Both the position numbers and the translations under genes were made by a program. This document shows positions 18,161 to 23,650 of a DNA stretch of 23,650 nucleotides, piece after piece. Below the pieces are notes generated by a model. That model searched no databases. It worked only from the letters and a program-made list of their open reading frames with translations, and was not told the DNA's origin. How positions within the stretch are numbered: the stretch's first letter is position 1; the number at the start of each line of letters is the position of its first letter. This DNA is from Candidatus Heimdallarchaeota archaeon (GTDB lineage: Archaea; Asgardarchaeota; Heimdallarchaeia; Hodarchaeales; Hodarchaeaceae): assembly GCA_048881705.1 (NCBI GenBank), contig JBHLSH010000061.1, positions 1 through 23,650 of the forward strand. Reading direction: 5' to 3'.

Positions 18161-19953
18161 CCCCTTCTATCGTTTCTGCTAAAGATTTGACGTAGGATTA
18201 GGGGTATATCACGTGCATTTGCGGCTGGAAATATTTCCCCACGAGTCTCTTTTGCAATAATTCCGGCCACAAAGTCATTTACTTCAGGCGGCATTGTGAT
18301 GATCTTCAATCCTGGTAAACGCCATGCAATGACCGAGGGTACCTTTCCTGCATTGACATCGCAGTCACTCATCAAAAAGGCGGTATATTTGCCATGCTTT
18401 CGTTCTCCAAGTTCTTCTATGGCAACTTTTAATCCTAGATAAATATTCGTCAATCCCTTTGGGGTAAGGGAAAATATCTGTTCCACCAGGGTTTCAGGAG
18501 ACATTTCTATATCAAATCGTTTTAAGACGTGTCCTTTTGTTCCAAAGTGAATAACAGCAATATTTTGAGTATCAAATATATGTGACACCGTTGCGGCCAG
18601 GGCCGCAGCTAGTACTACCTTTTTTCCGCTCATCGAGTAACTGGAATCAATAATTAAAAGGGCAGAATGATCGGCTCGGGCCCGATTGAAAACTCTCAAT
18701 GCCTCGAATTTTCGTATGGGATCCTCCATCACCTTTTCGATGGTTCCATCAAGATCGAAATCAAGAAACTCCCTCTTTGGTCTTTCAGAAACATATCTGG
18801 GTATATTTCGTCGTATACCCAGAAGTTCACTTGTTTCCTGTATAAGTAGTCGGGTTGCCCAATGCACCACGCGCTTCCGAACATCAGCCTGCAGCTCGAG
18901 TAAAACTGACCCGACCATTTCGATCCTGTCAGTCCCATGTTCCTGGGCAAAATTATCTATTCCCTTTCCTTGCAGGTTCCCCTCTGCCTCATCCGTTGTA
19001 ATGGCGACCTCTTCATCAACTAAGATCGATGAATCTTCATCCGTCATTTTTTTTTTGAGAATTTCCCAATCCTCCAGATCATCTGGAAATGCGAGCTGAT
19101 TCGCGGTTAGAATTTGGAGAAGAAGTTCTTCTATGATATCTTCTGCTGAACGATCGCTGCTCGGGTCGATCCATATCTTTCCTGATAATGCAGCCCAGGC
19201 CGCGTCACGAAGAACTTCAAAAGAACTCCGCTCGCTTCCCAATTCCACCAAACTGGAGACTATTGTGACAAGATCCATGGCTCCGCGCACAGATGCTCCT
19301 TGCTTTATTTCGGGATGCATGCGAGTAGCCCGTACTAATTGTACCGCAATCCTGATGAATTGGGATTGTATTTCAGGATTTGTTTCTCGTCGTACAATCT
19401 CCTGTTCCTCAACTTCCGTTTGATAATGCATTTGGATACGAATTAAGCGATCAAAAAGGGCACGGCTAATTCGTCCTACACCAACGTCATCGAAAGGATT
19501 TTGGGCCAATACTACCCTAAAATGCTTGTGGGCTTTAATCTGGCCGATTCTTGGAACAACAAGAACATTTTCTTCAATGGCGCGAATCAACGTGTTGCTG
19601 GCATCTGGTGCCATTCGGTTGAATTCATCCACGTAAAAGATCCCACCTTCCTCCATGGCTTTATACAAAGGCCCCTTAATGAAATATTCTGGCTGCATTC
19701 CGTGCTCCAAAACAAGGGCTGGATCGAAGTTCCCAACAATCTTGGCTGGTGTCAGATCTGCATTTCCTTCCATTATATACAAAGGAAGATTCGAGTTTTC
19801 AGAAATTTCTGTTAAAATTGTAGATTTAGAAGTACCTGGGGCTCCCTCTAAGAGAATGTGTTTTCCCGCTTCTAAACATGCAATGATCAATTCAAGTTCT
19901 CTCCTTCTACCAACCACCGCATCTCGAGTGTTTATTAGCACATCCCTAAACAA
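18157..19953 (-). CDS. MoxR-family AAA+ ATPase fused to a vWA (MIDAS) domain
   Basis: Walker A variant GAPGTSKST, Walker B FYVDE, sensor I AQNP, Arg finger ALFDR and lid SVRG. After an acidic linker comes a vWA domain with DSSYS, GLTN and MSD MIDAS residues. Confidence 0.9.
   Translation of the reverse strand: MFRDVLINTRDAVVGRRRELELIIACLEAGKHILLEGAPGTSKSTILTEISENSNLPLYIMEGNADLTPAKIVGNFDPALVLEHGMQPEYFIKGPLYKAMEEGGIFYVDEFNRMAPDASNTLIRAIEENVLVVPRIGQIKAHKHFRVVLAQNPFDDVGVGRISRALFDRLIRIQMHYQTEVEEQEIVRRETNPEIQSQFIRIAVQLVRATRMHPEIKQGASVRGAMDLVTIVSSLVELGSERSSFEVLRDAAWAALSGKIWIDPSSDRSAEDIIEELLLQILTANQLAFPDDLEDWEILKKKMTDEDSSILVDEEVAITTDEAEGNLQGKGIDNFAQEHGTDRIEMVGSVLLELQADVRKRVVHWATRLLIQETSELLGIRRNIPRYVSERPKREFLDFDLDGTIEKVMEDPIRKFEALRVFNRARADHSALLIIDSSYSMSGKKVVLAAALAATVSHIFDTQNIAVIHFGTKGHVLKRFDIEMSPETLVEQIFSLTPKGLTNIYLGLKVAIEELGERKHGKYTAFLMSDCDVNAGKVPSVIAWRLPGLKIITMPPEVNDFVAGIIAKETRGEIFPAANARDIPLILRQIFSRNDRRG
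19047..19056 (-). repeat. A10 homopolymer at the AAA/vWA junction (candidate slippage site)
   Basis: The minus strand reads CTC AAA AAA AAA ATG ACG GAT GAA. This is the longest homopolymer I noticed in the window (others A8 or shorter). Confidence 0.9.
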
Positions 19954-19986
19954 GTGTCACCACTGGGGTGGGTCAAAGATGAATAG

Positions 19987-19996
19987 ATTATAAAAA
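19987..19996 (-). promoter_or_regulatory. TATA-like box for the MoxR-vWA/SAMP operon
   Basis: The minus strand reads TTTTTATAAT about 34 nt upstream of TTG 19953, which is preceded by GGTGA. Confidence 0.45.
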
Positions 19997-20107
19997 CGTA
20001 ACCTTTCGGGTTTCTTGGGCCAGGAAAAACTCTAATATTGGTTCGAAGCATTGTTATAGGATCCTACCTTTAAAGGAACATAATTTCAAATCATTGGTGA
20101 TTTAAGT

Positions 20108-21571
20108 ATGAGTACATATCAGAAACCTGATATTAAAACAGACTTCTCTAATATGCCTGTTTGGCTCTGGGTGATCATTGCGCTTGGATTGTACCTCTTC
20201 GGGGGATATGCATTTTTTGATGTAATTCTTGATCCTGCAAACCAAGAGATTTTCACAGCCATTGGCCAAACCCTGGCTATCTTGATTCCTCTCTCACTAC
20301 CGTTTCTACCTCTCTTTCTATTGTTTGGAGTACTATTTCTCATTGTTACATTCATTCTTGCGTATGTGATTGTATGGATCATGTCAAAACTGGCTCAAGA
20401 GGTAACTATAGCTGTCTCTATACTATTTCCTATTGTTCTGATTGCAGTAGGTGGGTTACTAGCGACTGCAGGGGCCGCGTCATCTGATTCTGAAACTGCA
20501 GGTCTCCTTTTTGTCGGCATATTCATTGCTGGTTTTGGAGTCCTTCTCTTAGCATTTGTAATATGGAAATTTACAGTCATCAAACGGAGCGGCCAATTTG
20601 TCGAATTTTCTGCTCAGTTAGTGCTGGCAGAAAAGGCAGTTTTGGCGATGCCAGTTCTACTTGGTTTATATTCAATCGTGACTGGCTTTTTCATGCTGTT
20701 CGGATTCATCAAAATCGTAACTCTGTTTTCTGTATACAACCCGGCCACAGATGCCGTGGAATGGAGTGCCCCTGGAATTTTGGCCGCTATAATATTCGAA
20801 TACGTCTACTTGATAGTTTATCTTGGGATATATTACAGCCTTTCTGCGGCAGTCATTTCTTATGCAAGTGATTGGTACCGGGGATTGGATCCTGATTTGA
20901 ATTCTGCCATGAAAGATGTCACTCAAACATTACCAGTTATCATCAAATTCGCTTTTGCTATGGCTACAGTAAAGATCATTATATCAGCAGTGACTCAGAG
21001 CGGACGTCAAGCTATGAGTAGTCAACGTGGACAGGATAACATAGGCGCTGCCATTGGAGGTTTCATTTTTGCTGCTATTGGAGGTTTCTTTATTTCTATA
21101 TTGGGAGCAATTTGGATGTTCTTGAATTACTTCACGCTAGTTTCGATCGTCCAAAATAAGCGGCACCTCACGGATTCTATCAAAGATTCTGCAAAAACGA
21201 CATGGAACTCATTGCTTGATGTACTGGTTGGAGAATCTGGATTTGGTCTTACTACCTTCATTTTTATGATTATAAACAGTATTTTATGGGTTGTTACAGG
21301 TTTTGGCCTCGGCTGGGCAGTTGGTCAGAATATTGGATACGGTATAGTAGTCGGGGTTATCTTCTTCATACTAGGAAGCCTCCCCTATAGTGTTGTAACA
21401 ATGCCCATGAAAGTCGCGTTTCGCACATTTATCTATTCATTTGCGAAAGATACTGTTGAAGGATTTAAGAAACCGAGTAGATTACCTACCGAACTTCGAG
21501 GCGAATTGAACGAACTCCGTAAAAGGGAAGTCAAGCGCCGCGGCATGCGAGATCCATCACAATACTTCTAG
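20108..21571 (+). CDS. Polytopic membrane protein resembling choline-transporter-like (CTL/SLC44/Pns1) or DUF6159 proteins
   Basis: 487 aa with roughly 9-10 hydrophobic segments. AVISYASDWY, LNYFTLVSI...SIKDSAK and VGESGFG recall conserved blocks of these families. GGTGAT lies 6 nt before the ATG. The CDS is secure; the family call is tentative. Confidence 0.55.
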   Translation: MSTYQKPDIKTDFSNMPVWLWVIIALGLYLFGGYAFFDVILDPANQEIFTAIGQTLAILIPLSLPFLPLFLLFGVLFLIVTFILAYVIVWIMSKLAQEVTIAVSILFPIVLIAVGGLLATAGAASSDSETAGLLFVGIFIAGFGVLLLAFVIWKFTVIKRSGQFVEFSAQLVLAEKAVLAMPVLLGLYSIVTGFFMLFGFIKIVTLFSVYNPATDAVEWSAPGILAAIIFEYVYLIVYLGIYYSLSAAVISYASDWYRGLDPDLNSAMKDVTQTLPVIIKFAFAMATVKIIISAVTQSGRQAMSSQRGQDNIGAAIGGFIFAAIGGFFISILGAIWMFLNYFTLVSIVQNKRHLTDSIKDSAKTTWNSLLDVLVGESGFGLTTFIFMIINSILWVVTGFGLGWAVGQNIGYGIVVGVIFFILGSLPYSVVTMPMKVAFRTFIYSFAKDTVEGFKKPSRLPTELRGELNELRKREVKRRGMRDPSQYF

Positions 21572-21586
21572 GCTTCAATTCCAACC

Positions 21587-21611
21587 TTTTCTCTCCTTTT
21601 TCTCTTTTTTT
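21587..21611 (+). terminator. Oligo-T archaeal terminator
   Basis: TTTTCTCTCCTTTTTCTCTTTTTTT starts 15 nt after the TAG at 21571. Confidence 0.65.
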
Positions 21612-21921
21612 ATGGGCACGCTATTCAAAACGCTACAATAGAGATCTAGGTAACCCGTCGAATAATTATAAACACTACGGACTCCTGTTTCGATCTTCTC
21701 GCTTTATTGTGACGTGTGTTGCAAAAGATATTCCTGTTTGCCGCATCTAGCCCTTAAACGGGAGTAGTGTGGGCGGTATCTTTACAGGGGAATTCTCGAG
21801 TTTACGTTTAGCAGATTAAGGTTACGAGGTTTTTCCGATAGTAATGACATCCCAGATTTACTAGTCGGATACGATTCTCGTTTACCAGCAGGGCTTTTCT
21901 TCTGTTTAGTGGAATTTCTTG

Positions 21922-22524
21922 TCATTCAGCTACAGGCGGTGTAGCAATTAATTCCTCAAATTTTATTTCTTCTCCCAAGAGAAGGTGAACTTTCGAGGCC
22001 AACCGTGAGACCGTTGTTTTGGCGTTTCCCTCTTTGTCCACAAAAATTAAAAGGGTAGATAAATCGGATCCAGGCGCAATTTCGTAATCCATTTCCAGCT
22101 GATAGCGATTCACCATGCCTATCATATCGAGAGGAATAATATGGATTCGAATAACTTGAACCTGGTTTTTCAAGATCTCTTGTTCCCTTTTCCATCGTAA
22201 GAATGCTGATCCCAATATTATTCTTCCCTCTTTGCCATTTTTCACCAAGGTGTATTCCATCCATCCCACCTCTCGCAGTGCAACCAACAGACAGCCGCCT
22301 CCAAACATAAAAACAATTGAAAGGTAGGGAAAGAGCTCGCTCTGAATAACTCCCAGAGTAAGGAGGGCCCATATTCCACTCGCCTCCGCAAACGTCAGTA
22401 ATCCCCAAACAAAGAGGATTTGAAACATTAAGCCAAGTATGAGAAAGAATAACGCGGTTATCCGGTTCCCACTCCTGATAATTCGGAGTTCCTTTGGATC
22501 AGTATCAAATATTTCAGTTGGCAT
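21922..22524 (-). CDS. Hypothetical membrane protein (two N-terminal TM segments, soluble C-terminal domain)
   Basis: Two hydrophobic stretches are followed by a beta-rich soluble region. ATG 22524 is preferred to GTG 22533 because of AGGTG upstream. It starts 18 nt after the acyl-CoA synthetase stop. Confidence 0.7.
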   Translation of the reverse strand: MPTEIFDTDPKELRIIRSGNRITALFFLILGLMFQILFVWGLLTFAEASGIWALLTLGVIQSELFPYLSIVFMFGGGCLLVALREVGWMEYTLVKNGKEGRIILGSAFLRWKREQEILKNQVQVIRIHIIPLDMIGMVNRYQLEMDYEIAPGSDLSTLLIFVDKEGNAKTTVSRLASKVHLLLGEEIKFEELIATPPVAE

Positions 22525-22542
22525 GGATTTCACACCTTCTTT

Positions 22543-23649
22543 CTAAGAATGATGTTTGTTGAGTTCTTCTTCTCTCAACCGTTTCTTATCCATTTTTAGG
22601 ATTCTCGTTAATGGGATATCAACCCGAAAGTCGATTTCTCGAGGGACAGCGTAGGGTGGTAGCTTTTCTTTGCAAAATGCAATGATTTCAGCCTCCGAAA
22701 CCTCCTGCGTATCCTTGGGAACTATTATGGCCTTAACTCGTTCACTTCCTGGACGCTCTGGATCAGGGATTCCAATTACGCCTGCCATTCTTACAGCAGG
22801 ATGTTCATAGAGGATTTCCTCGATTACTTGAGAATATACTTTCATGCCTGATACGTTCACCATGTCCTTCATACGATCAACGATCCAGAAATAACCGTCA
22901 TCGTCCATTTTAGCGATATCACCGGTTCTAAGCCAGCCATCAGGCTCAAGACCCTTTCCTGGTTCAGGATAATATCCTTTCATGACTTGGGGCCCTCTAA
23001 TCCAAATTTCTCCAGGGTCACCAGTATCAACCTCGTCTCCCGTATCTGGGTCAACCAATTTTACCTCAGTGTCAGGAATAGGTACTCCGACTGATCCCTC
23101 CTTACCTTTGGCAGACATAAATCCTGTAATTTTTGAGACTCCGGAGAGATCTACATGCGTACATGGACTAGTTTCCGTCATACCATACCCCTCGGCCATA
23201 GGAACTCCAACTTTTTCTTTAAATTTCCTCGATATATCAGGGGCCAGAGGGGCCGCACCAGAAAAGAATAAGGTCTGAGATCTCTTTAGCTCATAACCAA
23301 GCAATTCCATGTAATGAGTTGGGACCCCGAATACTCCAAAAGGCCGCGTGTCTTTGATTATGTCAGCGATTCGCGCTATATCACGAGCATCCATAAGGAT
23401 AGCTCTTAGTCCCCAGGATATCGCAGCGTGAAGTACCCAATGGCCATATTGATGAAAAATCGGAACACAGATCAAAAATGCTGATTTACCTTTTGCGCCT
23501 GCTTCAAGTGGTTTTAAAAACCAGTGAAGTGCTTGAATAACATTAGTGGTAATGTTATAATGAGTAAGCATGGTTGCCTTTGGTTTTCCAGTGGTTCCAC
23601 CTGTAAAAGGAAGAAGAGCTAAATCCTCTTCAGGATTAATCTTGATAGG
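22543..23649 (-). CDS. fadD: Long-chain fatty acid--CoA ligase (AMP-binding enzyme), 5'-truncated by window edge
   Basis: The frame is open from the window end and reads ...LALLPFTGGTTGKPKATMLTH (AMP-binding P-loop). It also has EGYGMTETSP, GWLRTGD, DRMKDM and the C-terminal catalytic Lys region (LTRILKMDK). Confidence 0.9.
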   Translation of the reverse strand, partial: PIKINPEEDLALLPFTGGTTGKPKATMLTHYNITTNVIQALHWFLKPLEAGAKGKSAFLICVPIFHQYGHWVLHAAISWGLRAILMDARDIARIADIIKDTRPFGVFGVPTHYMELLGYELKRSQTLFFSGAAPLAPDISRKFKEKVGVPMAEGYGMTETSPCTHVDLSGVSKITGFMSAKGKEGSVGVPIPDTEVKLVDPDTGDEVDTGDPGEIWIRGPQVMKGYYPEPGKGLEPDGWLRTGDIAKMDDDGYFWIVDRMKDMVNVSGMKVYSQVIEEILYEHPAVRMAGVIGIPDPERPGSERVKAIIVPKDTQEVSEAEIIAFCKEKLPPYAVPREIDFRVDIPLTRILKMDKKRLREEELNKHHS

Positions 23650-23650
23650 C

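Noticed and set aside
21672-21770. Hammerhead ribozyme on the minus strand (GAAAC-AGGA-GUC next to a stem)
   Set aside because: The required CUGAnGA core is absent at the matching position.
21806-21924. Selenocysteine read-through of the TGA ending the 21922..22524 gene (frame stays open ~38 codons)
   Set aside because: There is no redox or Cys-homolog context and no SECIS recognised on the minus strand. An open stretch of that length is plausible by chance.
619-23278. Other short ORFs nested in or antisense to long genes (e.g. 8945..9439, 18686..19099, 21956..22408)
   Set aside because: All lie inside well-supported CDSs and show no motifs or independent start signals.
1-23650. CRISPR array, tRNA/rRNA, IS element or provirus
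   Set aside because: No regularly spaced repeats, cloverleaf motifs, transposase, integrase or virion genes were seen by eye. tRNAscan or Infernal would be the decisive check.

Overview
Archaeal chromosomal window, most consistent with an Asgard (Heimdallarchaeia-like) genome. This taxonomy is inferred from TATA/GGTGA signals, an archaeal histone, an archaeal MoaD/SAMP, large TPR paralogs and a longin-like domain. Gene order: two tandem TPR paralogs (the first cut by the window edge, the second split by one extra base), a TPR plus longin-like protein, MaoC dehydratase, DinB protein, SERCA-like P2A ATPase, then two orphan N6-adenine DNA methyltransferases flanking an end-to-end histone doublet. 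These are followed by an unlisted 45-aa zinc-finger gene, a form IV RuBisCO-like protein, and a convergent operon of a MoxR AAA+-vWA fusion and a ubiquitin-like SAMP ending GG-K. The window ends with a CTL/SLC44-like membrane protein, a small membrane protein and a partial acyl-CoA synthetase. Strongest leads: (1) an A10 run exactly at the AAA/vWA junction with stops right after it in both shifted frames, a candidate recoding switch giving free MoxR and MoxR-vWA from one gene, coupled to a capped Ubl and facing a RuBisCO-like protein; (2) an asymmetric histone doublet between two nuclease-less DNA methyltransferases. No rRNA, tRNA, CRISPR array or IS element was recognised. No databases were searched; family calls rest on motif recognition.
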